From NCBI GenBank assembly GCA_963667175.2, contig CAXXXF010000004.1:328184-392183 (forward strand): a stretch of DNA of 64,000 nucleotides. The letters run 5' to 3'. The stretch comes from Candidatus Latescibacterota bacterium (GTDB lineage Bacteria; Latescibacterota; UBA2968; GCA-2709665). Shown here one piece after another: positions 28,675-38,449 of this stretch; the first letter of the stretch is position 1; the number at the start of each line of letters is the position of its first letter. The notes beneath the pieces are model-generated. The model had not been told where the DNA came from, ran no database searches, and worked only from the letters and a program-made list of their open reading frames with translations. A program made the position numbers and the translations under genes.

Positions 28675-29721
28675 TCATCGGCGCTCCATCAGCACGCGAA
28701 TTCCAGTGTATTCTCCCCATCCTCGGCCCCGCCTGCGAACTGCCGAACGCACTTCCGGAGCAGTGTCCAGATACGATCCCCCTTTGACGACGTGGAGTGT
28801 ACCCGGCCACCCGACATTGACGACTACAGCCGGCGCAGGTCCTTCGGGGCCTTTTGGATCGATCCGTGACTCTTCTGAATACGGACCGTAGAAATCCTGT
28901 ACCCATTCCCATACGTTTCCGTGCATATCGTAAAGGCCCCACGGATTCGGAAAGACGCCCCCTGCTTCCTGTGCCTCCGGGCTTCCGTAGACGACGCGCC
29001 CGTCGTCCTTGATGGTCGCCGTACGCGAGTTCTGATAAAAACGTGCGTAGTCAACGATACGCGTTGAGTCGTTGCCGAAGAACCACCGCGTCGTCGTTCC
29101 GGCTCTGCACGCGTATTCCCACTCCGCCTCCGTGGGCAACCGGAAAATTCCTCTGCCGTTAACTTCGTTCATTTTGCGGAAGAATGTCTCAACGTCCCGC
29201 CAGCGCAATCTGTGGGCAGGAAAATTCGCTCTTGAGGGGTCCTGAGTGTACACACCCAATAACCACGGCCGCGTATTCATCACGCTCTCCCACTGCGTCC
29301 GGGTGAGTTCGTATCTGGCCAGGTAGAAACCCTTTGTGATAATGACCTCATGCCGCGGACCCTCGTCCTCATCCCGGCCAGGCTCAGTATCGGGCGACCC
29401 CATCATAAACCTTCCGGGTTGGATCCACACCATCTCCAACTTTGCACCGCCGGGAAGCGTCACCGTGATCTCCGCTTCCGGCATTCCCTCGCCAAACCGC
29501 TTCGCGAAGAGGATGAAATCCGAAAAATCGACGCTTCCGTTGCCGTCGAGGTCGAAACTGGATTGATTCGACCCGAACGCCTGTGCGAAAAGGATGAAAT
29601 CCCCGAAATCCACGATTCCGTTGGCGTCGAAGTCGGCATCGCGGGACTGTGCCATCAGAAGTTGGTTCAGGCTCAGTACACCCAAAACGGCGAATATCAG
29701 CGCGATCGTCTTTCGTCTCAT
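28675..29721 (-). CDS. EF-hand/dockerin-like + FGE-sulfatase (SUMF1/CLec-fold) domain protein
   Basis: Signal peptide, DFDANGIVDFGDF...DLDGNGSVDFSDF, FMMGS, RLPTEAEWEYACRAG, NPWGLYDMHGNVWEW, KGGS...GIR. Confidence 0.92.
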   Translation of the reverse strand: MRRKTIALIFAVLGVLSLNQLLMAQSRDADFDANGIVDFGDFILFAQAFGSNQSSFDLDGNGSVDFSDFILFAKRFGEGMPEAEITVTLPGGAKLEMVWIQPGRFMMGSPDTEPGRDEDEGPRHEVIITKGFYLARYELTRTQWESVMNTRPWLLGVYTQDPSRANFPAHRLRWRDVETFFRKMNEVNGRGIFRLPTEAEWEYACRAGTTTRWFFGNDSTRIVDYARFYQNSRTATIKDDGRVVYGSPEAQEAGGVFPNPWGLYDMHGNVWEWVQDFYGPYSEESRIDPKGPEGPAPAVVVNVGWPGTLHVVKGGSYLDTAPEVRSAVRRRGRGWGEYTGIRVLMERR

Positions 29722-29741
29722 GGTTCCACGGCTCCGTTTAA

Positions 29742-29954
29742 CCTCAATTCGAAAAAGATAACCGCTAAATCAGCCACAAAAAGCACAAAAGTCACAAAAG
29801 GTATCGGCGCCAAACGGGGCGTAAAGGTCGTCCAAATGGACAATTCTTCCGTTCACGTCCAGTGACCTGAAATATCCTGGATATCCGACGTCAAATCGCC
29901 TTTATTCACCTGGATATATTCGATATAACGTCACCGGAGAATTACGAATCAAGG
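29742..29954. mobile_element. 213-bp MITE, IS1380-like ends, copy 2
   Basis: CCTCAATTCG ... CGAATCAAGG, TTAA duplicated at 29738-29741 and 29955-29958. Absent from the paralogous leaders at 31101 and 42080. Confidence 0.82.
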
Positions 29955-30065
29955 TTAACTGCTTAGCCCGAAACGGCCGGCGAATCGTGGCGGGACTCGA
30001 ATCTCCTGGAGTACCGATACGTCGCATACAACCCGGAAGAAATCTCCTATCTGCCATCGCTTGAT

Positions 30066-31100
30066 TTATCTATGTTCCATCACAACTCGAAAGCCAGTGA
30101 AGATACTTTGCCCCATTGCACGATAACGGACAGCAGACCGTACCGATCTGGGGCGGTCGTTGTACGCTCCCCCTCTTGAGACGTAGCTATTTTCCGGTGC
30201 GTGTCCTTCGGTTGGCCACTCCGGCCCCTTGGGGTCAATCTGCGGTTGTGCCGAATACGGACCATAGAAGCTCTGCACCCACTCACGTGCGTTCCCGTGC
30301 ATATCGTATAGCCCCCACGGATTCGGAAAGACGCCACCTGTCTCCTGTGCCTCCGGGCTTCCATACGCAATGCTTCCGTCATCTCTTACGATCACCATCC
30401 GTGAGTTTTCAATATAACGTGCGTAATCCGCGATACGGGTCGAATCCTCTCCGAATGACCAGCGGGTTGTCGTGCCGGCCCTGCACGCGTATTCCCACTC
30501 CGCCTCCGTCGGCAATCGGAAAAGTTCCTTTCCTTCCGATTCGTTTAGTCGAAGAATGAACGTCTCAACTGCTCGCCACGCCATGTTGACGGCTGGATAC
30601 TTTGATTTTTCGGGATCTTCGAAAGTGCCGGCCCAATCCCAAGGCCGTGTGTTCATGACACTCTCCCATTGCGCTCGTGTGACTTCGTACTTGCCCAGGT
30701 AGAATCCTTTTGTGATGGTGACTTGATGTTGGGGACCCTCGTCGTCATACCGACCCGGCTCAGAATCGGGCGATCCCATCAGGAACCTGCCGGGTTCGAT
30801 CCAGACCATTTCGAGTTTCGCACCACCTGGAAGCGTTACCGTGACGTCCTCTTGCGGCACACCCTCACCAAATTGCTCAGCAAATAGGATAAAATCCGGA
30901 AAATCGACGATTCCGTTTCCGTCGAGGTCGAAATTGGATTGCTCAGACCCGAACGCCTGTGCGAACAGGACGAAATCTCCAAAGTCCACAATACCATTGG
31001 CGTCGAAATCGGGATTGCGGGTGGATTGGGCGATCAGAAGCTGGTTCAGGCCCAACAAAGCCAGAACGGCGAAGTTCAGCGTGATTGACTTTCGTCTCAT
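30066..31100 (-). CDS. EF-hand/dockerin-like + FGE-sulfatase domain protein
   Basis: Same architecture: RLPTEAEWEYACRAG, GLYDMHGN, RGGAY...GFRVV. Confidence 0.92.
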   Translation of the reverse strand: MRRKSITLNFAVLALLGLNQLLIAQSTRNPDFDANGIVDFGDFVLFAQAFGSEQSNFDLDGNGIVDFPDFILFAEQFGEGVPQEDVTVTLPGGAKLEMVWIEPGRFLMGSPDSEPGRYDDEGPQHQVTITKGFYLGKYEVTRAQWESVMNTRPWDWAGTFEDPEKSKYPAVNMAWRAVETFILRLNESEGKELFRLPTEAEWEYACRAGTTTRWSFGEDSTRIADYARYIENSRMVIVRDDGSIAYGSPEAQETGGVFPNPWGLYDMHGNAREWVQSFYGPYSAQPQIDPKGPEWPTEGHAPENSYVSRGGAYNDRPRSVRSAVRYRAMGQSIFTGFRVVMEHR

Positions 31101-31455
31101 GGTTCCACGGCTCCTCTAGCCTGCTTAGCCCGAAACTGCCCGCGAATCGCATGCCGGACTCGAATTTCGGAGAGCCCCGGTACGTCGCAAGCAGCAAGAC
31201 CATCCAATAAGATTAAGAAAAGTTATTTTCAATATAAATCAAGGGTTCAAATGTCCGACCCCTCGCGGCTTCGCTGTGCTCATCCCTGCCTGTGCCTGCA
31301 CGGCAGGCAGGCGACTCCCCCTCAAGGGGGGAGTGATTGCAACGTCAAACGGGTTCAGACGTTCACTTCGATCTATGTGGTTGCGGCTCAACAGAGCGGA
31401 GCCCGATAGGTTATTTTCCGAAAGGTTAGCATGTGCGACTGTAAGTCCGGATCGT

Positions 31456-33864
31456 TCACTCGACCACCCGGAACACCACGTGCCGTTCCGCGATTTGTCC
31501 CGTGTAGAGATCCTTCACGCTAACGATCAGCTTGTGAAAACCGGCGGGAGTGTCGTTCGATTCAATCTGCAGGAAGGTGAAGTCATCCGTCTGATCTCCC
31601 TCGTATCGCGCCGTGACCGTCGTCTCAGTGCCTTCCCTTGAACGAGGCGTATTCTCGATCTCCTCGGAGATTTTGTTTCGTTCCGGAAGGATGTACTTCA
31701 TACGATACCTCACGGACTCCTGAATCTCATCCCGCCAGAGGTCGTCCTCGCTGTCAATCGCAGGTTCCTTGATGATCCTCCGGACCTCCACCCTGGCGGC
31801 GGCGCCCGGCGCGTCCGTGGCGGCGAACCGTTCGGGATGGATTTCTCCGCGGTCCGGCCGGGTCAGCCGATAGGAAATCCGGAATTTTGTTCGGCCGAAT
31901 CTGTCTCTCTTGAGGTTGTAGATCTCGAGATAGATGAAGACGGGCTCGGACCGGCCGAAGGTGTGAAGCGGGTTGGGGGTGACAAGCAGATCGTCGCGCC
32001 CTTCGGGGAACGCGGTTTTCGGCCGGATCCGGGAGGCCAGCAGCAGGTCGCTCATCGCCAGCAACGAATCGCGCGAACCGAATATCCGCAATTCGCGGAA
32101 GGTTCCTATGGATCCCGTACCGCGGTCCCGGACCTCCACAACAAGACGATGCTGCCGCGGGGCGACCCTCAGCGTCCGGTACGACACCATGTGGTTGCGC
32201 CGCAGACTGTTGCTCTTCGTTTCAGTCCCGGTGTCGAATTCAGGCCACTGCATGGTGACGTCCATCTTCTTCCGGTAGACCTCGTCCCACTGCTCGTCGA
32301 ACAGAAACACCCCGTCCTCCAGGTCCAGAAAGCCCTCAGGCTCGTTCACCTGAACCCGCGACTTCGGAATGGCATAGGCGAACTCGACGCGAATACTGTC
32401 ACGCTCCCTGAAAGCGGCGACTTGGCGAGGCATCCGATATTTCACGTCACGATAGGGGTCAACGTAACGCTGTGGTGTTTTTTGAAATACCTGTCGTGCG
32501 TGTGGCCGCGTTCCTTTCAAACGTTCCCGTCGGCTTTTTCCCGAATAAAAATCTCCCAGATCGTCTCGCATCCTTGTAATCTTGAATACACTCTTACCCA
32601 CACACACCCAATAGTCCTTCGTCGATTCTCTCGCACCCTTTCCTGTATTCGATCCTCGCGCAAAACGCCAGGCGTCCAAACCGTCACCGTTCTCGAACCA
32701 AATTCGAAACTTCTCATAATTCCAAACCTTCCAGTTGGTAAAGACATCTCGTCCTATATATCGTCCGAATTTGATGAACGCTTTCCCCGGATCAGTCTGC
32801 CACCCCATAATGCCCATAAAAGGGCGGGAAAACCTGAGATTAGCGTAAGCAACCCGCCCATAGTGTTCCATCTTTCGCTCATTAAATTCCGTCAGAAACA
32901 GGGGATCCTGCTTGCGCCAGAAGCCTTTGACACTGTCATTTGTCCAAGTCTCAACTCTATTGAGACCGCTTGCAACTGCCTTCGCCATCCGTCTCGTATC
33001 TTCTTTCGACGCGATAATGTCCACCGACTCCATCAAGGATCGCTCCTCGACGTTCATTCGTTCAATGGCTCGCCGGTAATAGTCATGCGCTGCCTCCATT
33101 TCGCCGAGCATCTGATAGCCCAGACCACAGAACATAAATGCATCCTTGTTGTCGGGGGAATGCCTCAGAAGACGCTTGAACAGCAATACCAACGCTCCCG
33201 GTTTTCCAGTCTCGACATGGAGGAGTCCCAGCATGTTGTACGCGCCTCGAAATCCTGGATCCGCTTCAATGCTTTGCCTCAAATACCCGTACGCGCGTTC
33301 CACGGCTTTTTCGGCGAAAGCATTCCAGTAGAACACGTGAACATTACTAGATTTCTCGAAGGATACGAATTCCTTCTTATCGATCAACGCGAGATACTCC
33401 TGTACCGCGAAAAACCCCGCCCAATATGCGCCTTCAGCATTGCCAGTGTATTCCCTTGCAAGTTCTTGAAATTGTCGTTCCGCATTGTACGTGAAACCCT
33501 GGCTGCTTAGCAACTCACCCATTGTCAACTGGTATTCGTTGTTCGCCGGATCAAGCCGTATGGCCTCGTTCAGCGCGTTGCGAGCGCTCTGACGCGTAAG
33601 TGGCGTGTTAATTTCCATGTACAGTTTTGCGATCTGATGATGCGCTGGCGCAAATTCCCAGTTTAACTTCAAGACTCGCTCAAACGACCCGATGCTCACC
33701 TTCGGAGGCACCTGACCGACCTGCGCCAATGCCTTCCGAAAGAGCGAATCCATTCGCGCAGACTTCGTCAAAGCGAGAACTTCGCTTGCCGACAGGAACA
33801 CCAGCACCAGGACCACCAGTTGTCTCATCGCCTTGACCCTCCGGCATGACGACGGTGTATTCAA
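31456..33864 (-). CDS. Secreted TPR + GWxTD domain protein (type B)
   Basis: MRQLVVLVLVFLSASEVLA signal, GWQTDPGKAFIKFG; C-terminal ~310 aa nearly identical to 15615-17987. Confidence 0.9.
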   Translation of the reverse strand: MNTPSSCRRVKAMRQLVVLVLVFLSASEVLALTKSARMDSLFRKALAQVGQVPPKVSIGSFERVLKLNWEFAPAHHQIAKLYMEINTPLTRQSARNALNEAIRLDPANNEYQLTMGELLSSQGFTYNAERQFQELAREYTGNAEGAYWAGFFAVQEYLALIDKKEFVSFEKSSNVHVFYWNAFAEKAVERAYGYLRQSIEADPGFRGAYNMLGLLHVETGKPGALVLLFKRLLRHSPDNKDAFMFCGLGYQMLGEMEAAHDYYRRAIERMNVEERSLMESVDIIASKEDTRRMAKAVASGLNRVETWTNDSVKGFWRKQDPLFLTEFNERKMEHYGRVAYANLRFSRPFMGIMGWQTDPGKAFIKFGRYIGRDVFTNWKVWNYEKFRIWFENGDGLDAWRFARGSNTGKGARESTKDYWVCVGKSVFKITRMRDDLGDFYSGKSRRERLKGTRPHARQVFQKTPQRYVDPYRDVKYRMPRQVAAFRERDSIRVEFAYAIPKSRVQVNEPEGFLDLEDGVFLFDEQWDEVYRKKMDVTMQWPEFDTGTETKSNSLRRNHMVSYRTLRVAPRQHRLVVEVRDRGTGSIGTFRELRIFGSRDSLLAMSDLLLASRIRPKTAFPEGRDDLLVTPNPLHTFGRSEPVFIYLEIYNLKRDRFGRTKFRISYRLTRPDRGEIHPERFAATDAPGAAARVEVRRIIKEPAIDSEDDLWRDEIQESVRYRMKYILPERNKISEEIENTPRSREGTETTVTARYEGDQTDDFTFLQIESNDTPAGFHKLIVSVKDLYTGQIAERHVVFRVVE

Positions 33865-33881
33865 CCGCCGGTTTTGGCAGG

Positions 33882-36356
33882 CTAATCAATCACCCGGAAC
33901 AACACATCGCGGGACACCACGTCATCGTTATGCACATCTCTAATCCGCACTGACAGGCGGTGCACGCCCGCAGGCACGTGGCTCAGGTCAATCTGCAGAT
34001 ACGTGAAGTCATCCTCCCGGCTGCCCTCGTAGCGCGCCGTGATCGTCGTCTCCACACCCTCTTTGCTCCGGCCCATCCTCTTGATCCGGCTGGCGAGTTC
34101 ATCTTCTTGCGGAAAGACGTACCTCACGCGGTACGTCACCTCTTCTTCTCGTCCCCGTTCGAATAGGTCCGGGCTCACGTATCGGCCAGGTACGAAAACA
34201 CCCGGCGGAGTCTGATCTTCATCCATTGCGAGCCGTGCCGGGAGACCTGGTTCGCCCCTGTGTATCGCTCGCGCGCGTGTCAATTCCAATTGAACGTCTC
34301 CATCCGGCAACCGCTGTGCCATGAACAGGAACGGATCGATTTCCTCCGGTTTCGGACGGCCGATCTGATACGAGATCTCATACTCCGTGCGCCCGTACCT
34401 GTCCCGCTTGAGATTGTACGCCTCCAGATAGATGAACGCGGGTTCCCACCGATGGTAGCTCCGCAGTGGATTCGCCACAATCCTGAGATCGCGCCTTCCT
34501 TCCGGAAACGGCGTTCGCGATTCGATTTGTGTGGCCAGCATCAAATCGCTCATTGACAACAGAGAATCTACTGCCTCGGACCTGCGCCTTTCCCGAAACG
34601 TCCCGATCGACCCGCGCATCCGGTCACGAACCTCGCCAACCAGATTATAACTGCCGTTCGGCACCTCGAACGCCAATTGAAACACCAGATGACTATTCCT
34701 CATGCTGTCCGCAGCGGGATACCCGCCGGGTGTCAGCTCCGGCCACTTCAGGGTTAGATCGGAATGCTTGCGATACACCTCGTCCCACTCCTCATTAAAC
34801 ACGAAAACTCCATTCTCGATAGCAATGGTCCTGCCCGAATCCACTACAGTCACGTTGTACCTGGGCAGCGCATAGGCCAGTTCCAAGCGGTGGCTGTCGC
34901 CGTCGCGGAAGATTGCAACCTGGTATGGGATTCTGTATTTGTAATGACCATATGGGTCTATAAAATGGGTAGGTTGATAATTGAACACATATCGACTCGA
35001 TGTCCGACCCGGGCGGGTATCGAAACGCCAGGAATCCAGCCCGTCGCTATTGACAAAGGAAATCGTAAATCCCTCGTAGATCCACGTCTCGTCACCGCCG
35101 TGGAAATCTCGGCGGAACTTGCCATCGAACGAGTCAACACCGCCTCCGATTTCAGGGCGCTCTGCCTTCTTTTTCAGATACCGCCCGAACTTGACATATG
35201 CCTTCCCGCGGTCTGTCTTCCATCCCGGTATTCCCTTCAGTCGCTGCCCATATCGGAGATTGGCATACGCTACGCGTCCATAGTGTTCCAATCGACGTTC
35301 GCTGAATGCCGTCAGGTAAAGAGGATCGCGTTTTCGCCAGAATCGCACCCGCTCACGGCTTTCCTTCCATGCGTTTTGGTTCGCATAGGTCGTCGCATTT
35401 GAATCAATCGCCGATAGTTCCTTCTGGCTCGCAATCACGTCCACAGACTCCATTAGCGCGCGTTCCTCCGCCGACATTCCCTCCAATGCGCGCCTGTAAT
35501 ACCCATGAGCTGTTTCCCATTCTCCGATCCCCTGGTATCCCAACCCACAATAGAGCAACGCGTCCTTGTCCGCGGGATACTGGTCCAGACACAGCTTTGA
35601 TGCCGTTACCAATCCTTTGGGGTTCTTGCTCTCATAATGAATCAGTCCCAGATCATAGTAAGCTTCTCGATAGCCAGGGTCGGTGTCGATGCTTTTGGTG
35701 AGGAATTCCAGTGCTTTCTCGCGGTCTCGCGAACCGAATTCCTCCCATCGAAACAGGTGATATGACGGGCCGCCCGCCCCAACCGTAACGTCTATATGCT
35801 CCATATCTATGTACTTAAAGAATGCTTGCATCGCAAAAAAGCCCACCATATATGCCGCCTGGGCGCGTTTTTCAGGATGGGTCTCACATATCCTCTCATA
35901 ATGCTCTTCTGCATTTAGCCAGAGCCCCTGGTTGCCGAGTAATTCACCGAGCGTCATCTGATAATCACCATTTCTCGGCTCCAGCCGAATCGCCGCATCC
36001 AGGGCATTCCGAGCACTCTGGCGATCCATCGGCGTACCGAGCGACATATACAGCTTTGCAATTTCGTAATGGGCCGGTGAGTAGTCCCGGTCCGCCTTCA
36101 ATACGTCACGAAATGCCTTCAGGCTCTCCTCGACGGTGACCTCATCAACCTGGTCCAGTGCTGTCTCATAGAGCCTGTCGGCAGCCTGCGTCGTGTTGGC
36201 GGAAAGCGGTATTGCGAGATGGTATCCAGGGCACAGCACAACTAACGCGATAGAGCTCAATGTGACACGGCATCGTCGCATGCGATGCGCTATCAGAGAC
36301 GGCATTGGAACACCTCTCAAACTCTCGGCGAGGCGATTTATTACCAAGAGCAGCAA
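33882..36356 (-). CDS. Secreted TPR + GWxTD domain protein (type A)
   Basis: GWKTDRGKAYVKFG, TPRs; probable start MPSLIAHR. Confidence 0.9.
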   Translation of the reverse strand: MLLLVINRLAESLRGVPMPSLIAHRMRRCRVTLSSIALVVLCPGYHLAIPLSANTTQAADRLYETALDQVDEVTVEESLKAFRDVLKADRDYSPAHYEIAKLYMSLGTPMDRQSARNALDAAIRLEPRNGDYQMTLGELLGNQGLWLNAEEHYERICETHPEKRAQAAYMVGFFAMQAFFKYIDMEHIDVTVGAGGPSYHLFRWEEFGSRDREKALEFLTKSIDTDPGYREAYYDLGLIHYESKNPKGLVTASKLCLDQYPADKDALLYCGLGYQGIGEWETAHGYYRRALEGMSAEERALMESVDVIASQKELSAIDSNATTYANQNAWKESRERVRFWRKRDPLYLTAFSERRLEHYGRVAYANLRYGQRLKGIPGWKTDRGKAYVKFGRYLKKKAERPEIGGGVDSFDGKFRRDFHGGDETWIYEGFTISFVNSDGLDSWRFDTRPGRTSSRYVFNYQPTHFIDPYGHYKYRIPYQVAIFRDGDSHRLELAYALPRYNVTVVDSGRTIAIENGVFVFNEEWDEVYRKHSDLTLKWPELTPGGYPAADSMRNSHLVFQLAFEVPNGSYNLVGEVRDRMRGSIGTFRERRRSEAVDSLLSMSDLMLATQIESRTPFPEGRRDLRIVANPLRSYHRWEPAFIYLEAYNLKRDRYGRTEYEISYQIGRPKPEEIDPFLFMAQRLPDGDVQLELTRARAIHRGEPGLPARLAMDEDQTPPGVFVPGRYVSPDLFERGREEEVTYRVRYVFPQEDELASRIKRMGRSKEGVETTITARYEGSREDDFTYLQIDLSHVPAGVHRLSVRIRDVHNDDVVSRDVLFRVID

Positions 36357-36584
36357 ATGGATGACGGCTTAAGTTCCTGCTAAAGTGGAAGGGGACTTGC
36401 CGGAACGGGGACGCTGAGTTTGTCGAAGCGCCCGCGCTTCGGTGCCTTTGTGACCCTTCGCCGACCCTTCGTCAAACTCAGGACACCGCATTCTCAGGGC
36501 GCGGCTCAGGGTGCCAGGCCATTGGTGTGTAATAATGTAAATTGTAGAGTGCTCCTTTTAATAGCCGAGATTAATATCCGCCAG

Positions 36585-36692
36585 CCCTTCCTTCCTAAAA
36601 GACACGGCCCACGCGCCATGGGTTCAAAAAGAGCCCGGAAACCGCGTCTTCCGGACTCTTTCCGCGCCTGGACAATGAAATTTGGGTAACCC
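36585..36692 (-). promoter_or_regulatory. Conserved upstream cassette copy 3
   Basis: agagtccggaag...ttccgggctc hairpin + T-run + GAAC-ccatggcgcgtgggccgt-GTCT. Confidence 0.6.
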
Positions 36693-36862
36693 GTGCCTGC
36701 GCCCTTTCCATTCGATTCAATCACACGGAACAACGCATCAGGCGCGGCCACGCCGGTGGGGGGTCCTGAACGCCTTCACGACCCTACCGCAAGAATGCCC
36801 GGCCCCGAGCCAATCCCTGACTTTAAATGAATCTCAATTCTTCAGGTGAACGGGCGACGCCG

Positions 36863-37960
36863 CTATAACGGCTGAGGTCTGTACACCAGAACTTGATCTG
36901 TGGATACGTCGTTGATCATCCCGCCAAAAACGAGCACACGGGCGTCACGAAGGGCTGTCACCGAATACCACATGCGTTCATACCCAACGTTGTCTCCATT
37001 GCGATGATAACTGTCGGTGCTCGAATCGTAGAGAACCACATGGCCATTTATGCCGCCCATCAGAAACAAAATGCCTGTCGGCAACAGGACAACTGCATGT
37101 AAGGGGGCGATGCGTGGATCTCCCGCTGGCGTGAACAACTCAGTGGCCGGGTCATACCGCTCCGCGGCGGTTTCGTCCTCGGGATCATCTACGTTGCCTG
37201 TCTCTCCGCCAAGAATCAACACCGTACCATCCAGAAGGAGTACAGCCCAGTGCCCCCAACGTTCGTGCCGCAGATCGCCAACACGGACAAGAGTATTTGA
37301 CGAAGGGTCGTAGACGTCAGCTCTCTTGAGGGCGCCGGTGGCATTGGCGCCACCGACGATTAGAACTCGACCGTCCTGTAACAAAGTCGCGGAATGGTCA
37401 GAGCGGGGAACGTCCATTTTCGTCAGAAATTCGAACTGCCAGGAATCGGGATCGAAACGGCTCACATTTCCTTGTGTGTCCGTCGTTAGCAAATCACCGG
37501 TGGGAAGCGCCGTAATCGTTGCATCCCTTGTCAGTTCGGGCCTGTCCTCCATAGCGAAGAAACGTCCTGACCGTGGATCGTAGACTTCGGGCGGATCAAA
37601 AGAGGTACCTTTAATGAGGATCCGACCGTCTGGAAGCAACATTGCACGGTCTCTGAAACGACTGACCGACATGCTTCCCGTTACAGTCGAGGTTCCGGTG
37701 TCGGGATCGAATAGCTCCGCTGTGGCATGGCGAAATGCGCGCGACGAGTGGTACGGCCGATCCGTCCGGGAACCACCGGTGATCAGAACCCTTCCGTCCT
37801 GAAGCAATACCGACGCCGGCCAGAAACGCTGAAAGTTCATGCGTCCCGCCAACTTGAACCCCTTCAGTTCTGCTCCAACCTCCGAAGAGGTCGGCACGCT
37901 TCTACCGCAGCCTGTCATGTTCCAGGCAATGATCAGCGCGGATACGATTCTACCGGTCAT
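36863..37960 (-). CDS. Kelch-repeat lipoprotein
   Basis: Lipobox-like NMTGC; kelch repeats LLQDGRVLI.GG, AELFDP. Confidence 0.88.
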   Translation of the reverse strand: MTGRIVSALIIAWNMTGCGRSVPTSSEVGAELKGFKLAGRMNFQRFWPASVLLQDGRVLITGGSRTDRPYHSSRAFRHATAELFDPDTGTSTVTGSMSVSRFRDRAMLLPDGRILIKGTSFDPPEVYDPRSGRFFAMEDRPELTRDATITALPTGDLLTTDTQGNVSRFDPDSWQFEFLTKMDVPRSDHSATLLQDGRVLIVGGANATGALKRADVYDPSSNTLVRVGDLRHERWGHWAVLLLDGTVLILGGETGNVDDPEDETAAERYDPATELFTPAGDPRIAPLHAVVLLPTGILFLMGGINGHVVLYDSSTDSYHRNGDNVGYERMWYSVTALRDARVLVFGGMINDVSTDQVLVYRPQPL

Positions 37961-38449
37961 TTGGTGTTCTTCTGTCGATGTGAATATTTCTGCGCGTGGC
38001 CATTGCTTGCATGGACGGACGTGCCGCCCGCCAGGTAGGGCGTGGCGCCAGTCGCCCGGGCATCATCCGATGCCACAGTAGATCCTTCGTCGGACTCATG
38101 CACCCGTCGACATGACGCGATGCGGGCAGACAGGAATGTCCGCCCCACCTTCAAACCCAGGTTCTGCGGTTCGCCAGGGCTGTCGATCGCTTTGCGTTGT
38201 AGGCTAAGGCACGCTCAGTACATCACAGACGGCGGCCGGGCGACCGTGCAGCAAACTAACAGTTTGCTCTACCAGATCAAGCGCACTCATCACCGAATCG
38301 GGCTCAGTCGCACTGTAGGGGCGCCCCTTGTGGGCGCCCGGCATCCCGCTACGGAAGCGATCGGCCGGCCTGTCATTCTGAGCGACGTCGACGCAGGCAG
38401 ACAGCAGTGTCTACCCCACCCTCACAACGGCTTCCTTTGCAGGAGAGCA

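Noticed and set aside
31837-33510. Long plus-strand ORFs (557 aa here; also 38042-39370, 62134-63297, 27042-28022, 3609-4475)
   Set aside because: Antisense shadows of well-supported minus-strand genes in GC-rich DNA, with no recognisable motifs.
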